Positions 23,375 through 34,700 of a stretch of 64,000 nt of DNA are shown here, in pieces. Every line of letters begins with the position of its first letter. Position 1 is the first letter of the stretch. A program made the translations under genes and the position numbers. The DNA lies in IMG/VR virus record IMGVR_UViG_2522572172_000008. One strand, written 5' to 3'. Source of the DNA: an uncultured virus (IMG/VR IMGVR_UViG_2522572172_000008) (taxonomy: Duplodnaviria > Heunggongvirae > Uroviricota > Caudoviricetes). The notes below the pieces were generated by a model, which was not told where the DNA came from, searched no databases, and saw only the letters and a program-made list of their open reading frames with translations.

Positions 23375-24301
23375 AATTTCCTGTTTTTAAATATTCAACT
23401 CAATAGGTTCAATAACTTTCTATAACGGTTATGACCCCTCATCTATTTACATTGGTTTTTTATAAACTTCAGTATTTATATACTTTATTCGTTCATTCTC
23501 CATTATTTTCTCTTTTTTAAAATCTCCATCTATAGCATGAAATAGCATTATAGATAATGCAAGAATACCTATTGCTACGACAGTTGCCACAATTTTATTT
23601 TCAAAAGCATTACCACATAAACCCATTACCGATAATACCAAAGTTATCTTCAATACCCACAATATAATTTCGATTATTAGGCTCGCCATAGCATTTATCT
23701 CCCTTATTCTTATAATCCCTGTTTTATCTGCATTGCAATTCCCGCAAACATACCGAATAACATGAGTAGCGATATGAAAATCATCATATATTTCATCCAT
23801 TTCTTTTTCATTTTATAAACACCTCCTGCTTATACAAAATAAGTGTGATGGAAATCCACCACACTATTAAATCGCAATATCTTTAACAACTATATCAACA
23901 GACGTAAAGACAAGTTCTTTTTCTTGTTTCTCAGTCTTATAAATAACCTTAATGTAATCTTGACCATTTATAGCCAGTCCAATCACAAGTGCATATTCAT
24001 TTTCAAAATCATTTACATAGGCATGTAAAAACGCTTCTGTATCAATATCCTCTTGCGAGTATGTCACAAGCTTATGCTCTACAATATCTTGAATACTCGT
24101 AACAAATGAAGGATTAAGGTCTTTATATACATCGTTAATGCTAACGCTTGTTCCTACATTCATTTCTAATTGTTTTAATAGTTCCTGTCTCTCAACGGCA
24201 TTTTTATCCGAAATAATTTTCATTACTCATCACCCATTTCTATTTTCTATAATTAAATTTTACATTTTTTATTAACTATAGTCAATAAAACGAGTTGTTT
24301 A

Positions 24302-24688
24302 TCATTGGCTTAATTCTTTATTCTTTTCTGCTTCTATTTCCTCTACTGCTTTTTTAAAAATGTATTCTTTTACTGCTACATTCACATCTTCTATTTCAAA
24401 GTCTAAAGGATTTTCATTTTTATATCGGGTTATGTACATAACATCAACAACTGTGTTGTCAAATTCATCTGTAGCTGTAATTAAGAAAATATGACCTTGG
24501 CGAATTGGCTTTAAATTAAAACTTTGCGTGGATAGGTTAGATAAAACTGAACTCACAATTACCTCTGTTGTTAGTTGCATTAATTCATTTGGAAACTCTC
24601 CATCTGCAAACTTTTTCCCCACCATTTTTTCTACTAATACTTCTTTTGTTTCTGATTCAATTTCTTTTACAATTTGAACAATATCCAT
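24302..24688 (-). CDS. Hypothetical protein
   Basis: AGGAG RBS before ATG 24688 (MDIVQ). Confidence 0.6.
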   Translation of the reverse strand: MDIVQIVKEIESETKEVLVEKMVGKKFADGEFPNELMQLTTEVIVSSVLSNLSTQSFNLKPIRQGHIFLITATDEFDNTVVDVMYITRYKNENPLDFEIEDVNVAVKEYIFKKAVEEIEAEKNKELSQ

Positions 24689-24712
24689 TTGTATTTCACT
24701 CCTATTGCCTAT

Positions 24713-24824
24713 AAAAAAAGTGCCGATACATATCGGCACCTTTCCCAGGATTATATTTACTTGACGTTAGAACACACATGCAAAGCATGACTGTACTTCG
24801 CATGTGAATCATTAAGAACTTTAC
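24713..24824 (-). ncRNA. Candidate small RNA or attenuator leader
   Basis: TTGACT-17-TAACAT promoter; 13-bp hairpin 24775-24806; terminator GTGCCGATA/TATCGGCAC followed by T7. Confidence 0.45.
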
Positions 24825-24865
24825 ATCCTTATGTTAACACTTTTATTAACTATAGTCAATAAAAA

Positions 24866-25327
24866 TTAATCTTCTTTGATATAAATTGTAAAGGGATAAT
24901 CACGAAATGTTTCTTCTATCAGTTTAAACACTTCATTCCAATCTCCCCCTGCTAATCCACATCCAAATTTAAAAGGTATTGCAATGGATAGATTATGTTT
25001 TTGAGCCCGCATCTTTAATGAATAAAAAGCTTGTTTCAATGCATCCATTTCCGTATATACACCATCTCTACCAAACTTGTGTTGTCCAAATATATTTGCA
25101 ATGTACTTATCCTTACTTTTTATAATTTGACAAGTACCTAACAAATGTCTTCCTTTATTTTCTTGCAAACACAACGCTCTATATCTTTCAAATGCTTCTG
25201 GATAGTGTTTTTTTATATCTTTTGCTAACCCTGACCCCATTACACCTTGAGCGTTCACTTGATGACAAACAATATCTTCTGTCGCCTGTAACAAATCCCC
25301 TTTTACAATCTTTATAAACTCACTCAT
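24866..25327 (-). CDS. Macrodomain ADP-ribose hydrolase (TARG1/DarG-like subgroup)
   Basis: KGDLL, HQVNAQGVMGSGLA and FGCGLAGGDW motifs. Confidence 0.9.
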   Translation of the reverse strand: MSEFIKIVKGDLLQATEDIVCHQVNAQGVMGSGLAKDIKKHYPEAFERYRALCLQENKGRHLLGTCQIIKSKDKYIANIFGQHKFGRDGVYTEMDALKQAFYSLKMRAQKHNLSIAIPFKFGCGLAGGDWNEVFKLIEETFRDYPFTIYIKED

Positions 25328-26475
25328 AAAAAAACTCCTCTCAGTTACCTTTTTTATATGTTGTCTATGTATTGTATTCATTTTTGTTTTGTTTCATAAA
25401 ATCTTTATATGCAGTGACCGTGTAATAGTGTAATAAAAATTTCATTTCTAAGTATAATAAATAAATTTGAAAGAGGTGATAACAATGTCCATGAGACCAA
25501 TATTGAAAGAAGTACATTGTGCAGAATGCAAAAATAGATTCAACGGGGATTTTTCAACAATAGGAATGGCACAAAAAAGACATATACTTTGCGAGGAATG
25601 TAGAAAAGAACTATATCAAAGAAATAACAAAAAAACAAGAGAAAGACAATGTTTTTAACATTGTCTTTCTAAAAGAAGAATAAATCTTCCCTTTTATTTA
25701 AAGATTGTACATGTCTATTTACTTCATCATACAATTCAAACAAATCATCATTCATATTATTTCCTTCAAAAAAATCCTCTATTTTTATCGTCCAAATATC
25801 CAATGCTATAGAGTATTTAATTTCCATTGATGGCGTTTTGTCATCTATATCACAACATTTGATAGAATATGTTACCTTATCTCTTGTTGTTTCCTTTATA
25901 AGGTCTTTATATGGTCTTAATATATCATCCATTAAATTCATTTCAAATTCCATTTTTGGAAGAATTAAATCATCTAAATCATAATAATGAAAGTTTATGT
26001 CTTCTATATATCGTTGTATTTCACAATACAATTCATCTGCTTCTGGATATTCTAACACAACTTCATTTTTCATTTCTAAATAAACATTCCATCCCAATTG
26101 TTCATCGCATTTCAATTGGAACAAATATGGATATTGACTAACATGAATACAAATTCCATTCGTATTATTTACCCATTCATAGGAAAGGTTGTTCTCTTTT
26201 AGTAAATCAGGTATTTTCTCATTAATCCATTCTATTCCCTTCACTTTACAACCTCCCTTTTTATATGTTTTCTATCTTATTTTATCTTTTTTAAGAATCT
26301 CTTTCAACAGAAAAATCTAAACTTTTAAACTAACTATAGTCAAATAAGCGGTTGAATCAAGTCTTTCTTTTATTTTTAAAAAGTTGTATACTGAACTCAC
26401 AGAAAATCAAAGTTTTTATCATAAAACTCATGTTCTCAGAATAAATAATTAAGGACGAAAGGATGAGGTGATTAT

Positions 26476-27540
26476 ATGAATCAAGACAAAGCGGTAAGCT
26501 TCAATAAAAAAAGTAATTTCGATTCAGAGAGATTATTAAAACGTTACAAAACTCGTAAATTGAATTTTGATTTAGCCATTCAAAGAAAAGAAAATATCTG
26601 GGATAATAAGAGGGCATCTTTATTAATCCATTCTATTCTATCAAACTACTATATCCCACCTATCGTAGCTATTAAAGATAATGACATGTTAAGCGTATTA
26701 GATGGAAAACAGAGATTAACTACTTTATTTTCATTTATGCAAGGGGACTTAGTTTTAGATAAGAATACCCCATTAGTTGATGGAGAAAAAATAGCAGGTT
26801 TAACTTTCGAAGATTTATCTGAGGAATTCCAATCAACTATTAAAAAATACAAATTTGATTTCTCCATTTCTGAAAACTTAAATGAACAACAAATCGAAGA
26901 ATTATTCTTCAGATTAAATAATGGTGTGGCTTTACGCACGATTGAGGTGACAAGAGCGGTCTTAGGAAATCGTATCATTTCTTTCTTAAAGAGAATTACA
27001 GATTTCCCATTTTTCCAATATAAAATCAACATTACAGCAGGTGCAAGAAAAAGATATACGGACCAAGAAATCGTACTTCAAATCTTAAAACTAATTTATG
27101 AACCTAACAGTGGTTTAAACAAACGTGAAATGCAACCATTTATTGATAAATTAAAAAGTGAAGATTTAAAAGCAAGACTAAAAAGCACATTAGATAATGC
27201 AATTTTTTACCTAAATGAAGCATTCCCTAAAAAGCAAAAGTTTTTAAAGAAAGTTAACGTTCCAATGCTTGTGATTTTGTCATTAGATGTTATTAATAAC
27301 AACTTAAATAACAAAGTAACTCCTATCAAATTCGGAGATTGGGCCGAGGCATTCTTTGAAAATACGCCTGAAGATTATAGAATTGCTTGCCAGTCTGGTT
27401 CAGCAAGTGCTCAAAATGTAAAGAAACGTTTAACTTCTATGAGAAATCATTTCTGTAAACATTTTGATTTATCTTTAGAAGATTTAAACATAAAAGAAGA
27501 TGCACCTCAAAAGGAAAAGGAATTAAATGAAGCTATATAA
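26476..27540 (+). CDS. DUF262-domain protein
   Basis: QR..W, LIHSIL..YIPPI, DGKQRLTT and FFRLNNG motifs. Confidence 0.85.
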   Translation: MNQDKAVSFNKKSNFDSERLLKRYKTRKLNFDLAIQRKENIWDNKRASLLIHSILSNYYIPPIVAIKDNDMLSVLDGKQRLTTLFSFMQGDLVLDKNTPLVDGEKIAGLTFEDLSEEFQSTIKKYKFDFSISENLNEQQIEELFFRLNNGVALRTIEVTRAVLGNRIISFLKRITDFPFFQYKINITAGARKRYTDQEIVLQILKLIYEPNSGLNKREMQPFIDKLKSEDLKARLKSTLDNAIFYLNEAFPKKQKFLKKVNVPMLVILSLDVINNNLNNKVTPIKFGDWAEAFFENTPEDYRIACQSGSASAQNVKKRLTSMRNHFCKHFDLSLEDLNIKEDAPQKEKELNEAI

Positions 27541-27559
27541 AAAATGAGCCCTAAGTGGC

Positions 27560-29660
27560 TCATTTTTTTATTGATTCATCATGCTTTTCTTCCGTACCTT
27601 CCATCAAGATAACTCTTCCGTCATAGAATTCTTGAATACGATATATTCCTTTTGATGTAGTAAAGTCAAATATTTGTTTATCTGCCTCTATGCTATAAAC
27701 ACTCAATTCTTTTACATCTCCAATTTTATCTTTATTTTTTAATACATATTTTCCTGTTCGTTTTGAAAAATCTGGTTTTGCATTTGTTGTAAATACATTC
27801 TTCTTTTCTTCCCCTTTTATTTCGACCACTTTCACGACTTGTTGAAAACGAGTAAAGAATTGATAGGTTCCTTTTGTTGTAATAATAACCTGCTCATTAT
27901 CTGAATTAGAACTTTCTATAGATTTATATTCACCATACTTCTCTTTCTCCTTATTGATTTGAAGTATATTTTCAGGATATATCTCTATTCCTTTATCTTT
28001 TTTATAAATTTCTTTTCTATTTGGAAATGCCTGTTCAATTTCTTGTATTTGATATTCTAATCCGTTTGAAGATGTTAAATACACAAAATAAACGCCTTTT
28101 GTTGTGTATAGTTTATATAGGTCGAAGTTCTTTTTATTTACATGAACTGTCCCTTCTCTTTTACTATTTCTAAAGTCCCCCATGTTCAAATCTGCATTCT
28201 TTCCGATAAATTCCGTCATGACTTCTTTTGCTTTCTCATCATGTACTCTATTAGGGTTTAACACCATGTCTACAGATAGACCTATCATACATAGAAGTAG
28301 GACTGCAAATATAGTTGTTAATGCGGGATGAATTCTTCTTTCTTTATAAAGAATATAAATCCCATACGGAGGAAAAAGCCATAGCCATAAAAATAACTTC
28401 CTTTTCCCTTTCTTACTCGATTCCATTTCTTTATCAGTCTTATTTTCTGATTGCACAACGTCTTTCTTTTTCACTTCATTCTCCCCTTTCATATATTTTT
28501 AGTCTACTAATATATTCATTGGGGCTATATACTAAAACGGTTCGAGCTTGTTCAATAAAAAAAGAGCAAACGAATTTACTCTTAAACAAAGGATAAAACA
28601 GGAACCTGCATTTCCTTATACGTATTTGCTTGTTCCTCTGAAATCATTTTTACTACTTTATCCATTAAACATACCCTTTCATACGATAAGCCATATAATG
28701 CTTCAGTGAGACTGAATGAACAGTAGGTATTATATATTAATACCATTTTATTATCCTGTTTATTTAGAATTCCGAAATATCTTCCTTCCATATATCTAAT
28801 ACACCTTTCTCTATACATTTACTTCAAGTTTTTATCTTTGCTTTCATCATCTTCTTTTGGAGCAAATAACAATACTCCTGGTAAAACGGTGATAACGTCA
28901 ATACTAAAGAATAAAAAAATGGATGCTTTCAGTATCTCTTTGTTAACACCTACGTTTACATTCATTACAATTAAAAGACCAAGTAAGCAAGCTAACACTT
29001 TTTGTTGAAAAGAAAAAACGTTATATCGAAAGTCTTTGTTTTTAATCGAGCCAAGAGCTATTGAACCAAACACAACTAAAGCATTCATTCCTATAACAGC
29101 CCAAATGAATTTAGAAATCCCCTGAAAGAAAGGTAGGAAGTATAGAATAGCAAGAGGTATTAAGGGAAGAATCACTGAAATTACTAATTCTTTCGTTGTA
29201 ACATATGCTTTGTTTCTGGACATATTCATTTTTTATTGCCATCCTTCTATGTAAATTTATTTAAAATGAACTTATTTACGAAAAATATACTTATTTCATA
29301 TGTAAAAAAAGTAACAAAGATAAGAAATGATATGAACGTTGCAGAATGTGTGTCTATTTTTAAATATTCGCTTATTAGTACAATCGCAAGAATAGAAGCA
29401 CACGATTCAGTCTGAACATCTACTACCCATTTCATAATCATTTTCTTTTGTAAAACTTCATATTTACTGACTGCAATACTAATGGATACAGAAAATAACA
29501 GAATAAAACATGAGAATAAAGCTATCTCTTTTTTATGTGTAGATATGAATAGCATACATAAAGAGATAAAAGATGTGAGAAACAGCCAATACTGACTGTT
29601 CTCCATCATAAATCGTTTTCTATCACCTTTATTACTTTCTGACTTACGCAGACTGTTCAT
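27560..29660 (-). other. Run of membrane and hypothetical genes
   Basis: ORFs 27560-28492, 28582-28818, 28819-29229 and 29247-29660, mostly with TM segments. Confidence 0.6.
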
Positions 29661-30606
29661 TGCTTCTATTCGGCTCTAAAAATGTAGCTAATCGACCCTC
29701 GTGATAAAAAACTAAATCCTTATCATTTAATGGCATATTGTAAAAATCTTTATAGATTTGAGGGAATTCGATATTTGGAACACAGATAAATTCATATTCA
29801 TTTGAATAGCCCATTGCATACTCTACAAAACGTTTCGCAAAATATTTACCTGCGGGAACCAATTCGAATACTGTAACTTTAGTAAGAATATTATTTTCAA
29901 AACAATCTCCAATAAATGATTCCGTTGCACTTCCGTTAAAGTTCATAGCTTTTTCTTTTGGGATTTCAAAGACAAACTCATCCTTCGAAAACATCCTTAC
30001 ATCTTCTTCTTTACATACACCTTCTTGTAAAAATAATTGCAGTACAGCATACGTAAGATACTCTTCAATCTTAACTTGCTTCTTAGGATTTAAATTACCA
30101 AAGATAACTTGTCGAAGGTATTTTGATTGGATGAAATACTTTTCATCCGTAAAAACTTTCATTAAGTCTTCATATGAATCCATTCCTAAAACCAGAGATT
30201 TGTCATACCATTTTAAAGCCTGAAAATTAGCTGTTTTTAAATCTACAGAAACAAATACTTTACCGACATTTTCTTTTTGATAGATATTCTGCTTTGAAAA
30301 TGAATGTTTTTGTACATCATATTCTTCTAATCTATCATGATTAAAAACATCAAATGCATTTGTTTGTTTAATTGTGTTAGATACTTTATCTTTTAATTGA
30401 TTGTAATAATCCATAAATCCACGTTCTCCACCATTTCTTTCAACAGCGTCCTTGAACATATTATATTTTCTCTTTGTTTGATGTGTTTCATCATATAACT
30501 CTAAATAATACGAGAAATACGGCTCTTGAAACACTTTAATTGGTAAAGAAAAATCTTTTACAAATCTATTTTTTAAATCTACAGATAACATCTGTATCAT
30601 CTCCAT
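29644..30606 (-). CDS. Hypothetical protein with polymerase-palm-like motifs
   Basis: FVSVDLKTANF and SKDEFVFE resemble family A motifs A and C. Confidence 0.4.
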   Translation of the reverse strand: MEMIQMLSVDLKNRFVKDFSLPIKVFQEPYFSYYLELYDETHQTKRKYNMFKDAVERNGGERGFMDYYNQLKDKVSNTIKQTNAFDVFNHDRLEEYDVQKHSFSKQNIYQKENVGKVFVSVDLKTANFQALKWYDKSLVLGMDSYEDLMKVFTDEKYFIQSKYLRQVIFGNLNPKKQVKIEEYLTYAVLQLFLQEGVCKEEDVRMFSKDEFVFEIPKEKAMNFNGSATESFIGDCFENNILTKVTVFELVPAGKYFAKRFVEYAMGYSNEYEFICVPNIEFPQIYKDFYNMPLNDKDLVFYHEGRLATFLEPNRSNEQSA

Positions 30607-30706
30607 TCTATTGACTATAGTTGATATTATAATTCATTTACTACCTTTTAGTCAATTAATTTTTACAAAAAGAGACACAATGTATTTTTGTGTCTCTTTC
30701 TTCTTG

Positions 30707-31735
30707 CTATTTATTTGTATTTTGATAGTTTCCTTCCCACGGCTTAATCTGAGCAATTGGAACAACTAAACAAGGAATTTCGTTTAAAAACATATCTACT
30801 GCTTTTCTACGTGCAGAAAACCCATCTTTACTTCCCTGTTTTTCTAATTCATAAAGTGTTTTTGACGCACCATCAGGAATAAAATAATTATCAAATCCGA
30901 AAGCTTCTTTTACAGGTTTGTTATTCACAATTCTTCCATGTACCGCTCCTTCATATAGATAAATTCGATTTCCATCATTTGCGGCCAAACAAACTTTCCA
31001 AGTTGCTGTTTTACCTTCATATTTACTTATGTTGTCTAAAAGCCATTTAACATTTACTCCTACATCTTCGCCCTCAATGTATAGAGCATTGTCCTCTATA
31101 ATTCTCATTGCACCTGCTTCTATAGATTTATACATAGCAACTACATCTACTGAAGGATGGTTCACTTCTTGAATATCTCGACCTTTTTCAATATCTATAT
31201 TATTGATACCAAATCTTTGAAGCTCTTTTAACTTGTCTTCATTCGAAGAAACTAAAATATATTTCGGTTTATTTTGGGGGGCATAATCTACAAATTCTGC
31301 ATTATATATCCAATTAAATGAAGTCAGAGTTTCTATTTCTTCCTTTGTTTCAATCTTTAATGCGTATAACAAACCATTGATAATTTTATAAGCATGACTT
31401 CTATCATCAGAGACAGGCATCATCCAATGGGTTTCCATTCGGGCAATTGCCTGTATGCCTTGATAAGTCGATTCTGTATCTGTATTAAACTCTATATTCA
31501 AAGACTCATTCGATAAGGTGTAACCTGATTCAATTGCATTTGCAAAAGCAGTTAGATTCCCCTTTTTTCTTAGCCATAAATATACATCTGTAGCAAGAGA
31601 ACTACTGTCATCATTTACAACTTTGTCTAAAATGTAGTTAGCAAGAGTTACTTTACTTTCCATACCTTCCTGAGAAAAAATAAGATTACTTTTAAAATAC
31701 TGATGCACAAATAAAGGGATTGCAGGGTTATTCAT
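30707..31735 (-). CDS. Ham1/ITPase-like NTP pyrophosphatase with extra N-terminal domain
   Basis: SSNEDKLKE, IEDN, FGFD and SARRKA motifs. Confidence 0.75.
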   Translation of the reverse strand: MNNPAIPLFVHQYFKSNLIFSQEGMESKVTLANYILDKVVNDDSSSLATDVYLWLRKKGNLTAFANAIESGYTLSNESLNIEFNTDTESTYQGIQAIARMETHWMMPVSDDRSHAYKIINGLLYALKIETKEEIETLTSFNWIYNAEFVDYAPQNKPKYILVSSNEDKLKELQRFGINNIDIEKGRDIQEVNHPSVDVVAMYKSIEAGAMRIIEDNALYIEGEDVGVNVKWLLDNISKYEGKTATWKVCLAANDGNRIYLYEGAVHGRIVNNKPVKEAFGFDNYFIPDGASKTLYELEKQGSKDGFSARRKAVDMFLNEIPCLVVPIAQIKPWEGNYQNTNK

Positions 31736-34700
31736 TTTTATCCTCCATGTTTCTAATTTCAGCTAATTCTTGCATGAAGTACTCTTTTATTTTATCCACA
31801 TCAATTTTGTCACTTGTACTTTGCTTAAGTCTTAAATCCTTTTTTACGGAAATCCATGGTGATTCTAACACAGGTAATTCTTCTAAAAAATTACCTGAAT
31901 AATGTCCATACACTAACCATACAGAATTTATAACTTCTTTTCTTTTTGAATTTATCATTTTTCACACGACCTTATTCAGGTCTTTCCCTCTGTTCTGTTT
32001 ATATAATCTATCTCTTCTATAAACTGCTTCTTCATTTCTTCTGTATCCATTATGATACTCTTCTTCTCTTTATTTCTTACCTTCTCACTTAGATTAAGAA
32101 ACGGTATATCTATTTCTATAAGATGATACATAAAACTATCTGAGCATTTTCCATACCTTGTCCATATCCAATCAATGACAGATTCCTTCTTTTCATCAAT
32201 CATATTCATGCACCTTTTCTTTATAAAATAATTAATTTAATTCATCATGATAGGGAAATTCCATCTCAATCAATTCTAAAATATCTTTTCGACCAAGGAG
32301 TTGTAAAGATTGCACGATTCCTGTAAGCACACCATCATAGTGTTTTGCTCTGTGTGGTTTAGTCCTTTCCTGTATGGCACAAGTTATATAGTATTGAATC
32401 AGTTCTCTTTCATCATCTGTTAATTTCGCATCTAAAACATAGGGAGATTTTAATTCCGCTTTTTTAATCATCTTTCATTCTCCTGTTCTGCTATTTTATT
32501 ATTCTCCAATTCCTCCATTAAAGCTTGGATAGATTCTAAATATTTAATCGGCTTTCCATAATGTAAATCTTGTAATGCATTGCATAAGTTCATCCATTGC
32601 TCCCCTGTGCCAAATTTAGGTTTCCACCAGTCTTTTTTGTCAACGTTAAATGTAGGAATCTCTTCAGAAATGATAAACGCTCTATAATTCTCTATAATCC
32701 ATTTTGCTTTGTCTGTACTACATGGAGAGCCTTCAGCTTGTTCAATAAAGTTTTCTAAATGAAGTTCAATAAATTGATAGTGTTGATATAAGAAAGACAT
32801 GCGATAAAAAGAATTGCCCTCTAATTCAGGATATAGATTAAGTACACACACATCTAAGATTTCACTAAGCTCATGATTGATAAGGGAGTCAAACGTAGAT
32901 GGGTCTTTTAAAAACTTTTCATATTTTAAAATTGTTGTTTGAATTTCATGATTGTATTTACGAACCATTTCGTTATTTGTACTATTTGCGAGTGCTTGCA
33001 ACATATTAGACATCATTGATTCAAAATCTTTTTTGATTTGAGTTTTCTCGGTCATTATTCCATATCTCCTCTATGTATTACTTCTTTTGTCCTTCTCGAT
33101 GAGTCATTGTGAACTTATTATCTGTACTGCTGTAATAAATAATGTACTCTTCTTCTCTTTCTTTATCTGTAAGAATTTTAATGTGGTCATTTATTTTCTT
33201 GATGGTAAATTGGTCATTTTCTTGTTCTTTTTCTTCATGGGTATTATTATCTTTTTCTATCTTTAATTGCGGTTCCGTATCTGGTGGGTCACATGCCGAT
33301 AACAGGAACATGCAAAAAAATGTACTTAATATGACATAAATAAATCTTTTACATTTCACCTATATCACCTGCTGCTTTCATTCCAGCAACTACACGCCCT
33401 GTACCACGACAATCAGGACATGGTAATCTACTATCACTTACATGCTCTCGATAAGTTCCTGTGCCACTACACCAATGGCAGGACTGTAATATATAATTCG
33501 TTGGTATGATTTTATCTAAGGTTGTTTTTATGTCGTCTTCCTCGAAGAACTCTACATAAATCCACTCTGCATCCCACCCAATAACAAACCCTTGTTTTTT
33601 CTCATCCTCTGCAATCACAACATCTACTATTTGACCTGCTTTTATTTGCATTTCCTAATCACCCCTTAGGCTTTCCTGTTTGTTTCATTCCTTTAAATTC
33701 ATGGTCAAAGATTAATCTTGATGAAAATCCGCTATAATTAGGGTCTAACATATTTTCTGGTAAATCTTCTGTAACGACATGCATGTTTCCCATCCAACTA
33801 TCTGAAACAATGGTTTGATTGTCTACAATGGCTTGTTTAAAGCTGTCATTCCCTTCCCATGAACGTGCTTTCCCAATGTTTACTTTTCCATGAGTATAGT
33901 ATTTTCCACTTTCCTTGAAAAAGGTCACCTTAATAATCAAATCTTCTCTTTTTTCCATGTTAAAAACTCCCTATTAGTAGATTGAAATCATAGTTTTTCG
34001 TAACGATGTAACAAATCTTTTTCTTTATTAATCTTGTATTCAATAATTTTTAATGTGTCTCTTTTCTCTTTATCCACTGTCAGGTAACCAAAATAAACTA
34101 AATGACCTAATGCATTTGTTTTTGTAGCAAATTTCTCATTAAGCAAAGAATTTAATTGTTCTTTGGAAATAGAAGGATTATTCATTACAGCATTTAAAAT
34201 GAAATCCTCTTGTTCAATTTGATGATTAATTAATCTCAACCAAATTTTATTCGCAACTGATTTTTCAGCTCTTTCACCACACGCACTACATACTGGAATT
34301 CCAAATCCCAGACCACCCATGTTATAGCGTTGTACTTTGTTAAATGTATTTCCACACTGACATTTATAACGTTTAGGTTCAGTTGTTCTTACAATCCCCT
34401 TTTTTGTAAATAGTTCTGGAAATTCCTTTTTAACTACAGATAACATATCAACCATGACTCTCTCTCCTTCTCTTTATCGTTTCTATTACGTTTATTTATT
34501 TTCTAAAGCAGAACAAAAAATCTTTATTCTCTTTTGTTTATTTCGCTGTACTTGTTTACACCCTTGAAAATGAGGGCAAATGTTTCTTTTTAATCCTCTG
34601 CCACTCAAAGCTTGATAACATACACACAACTCATAAGTGTCCTCTTCCTTCATTGCAATCGAATTCATCTTGCCTTCTTGTCTTTGAATCGGACAATCAT

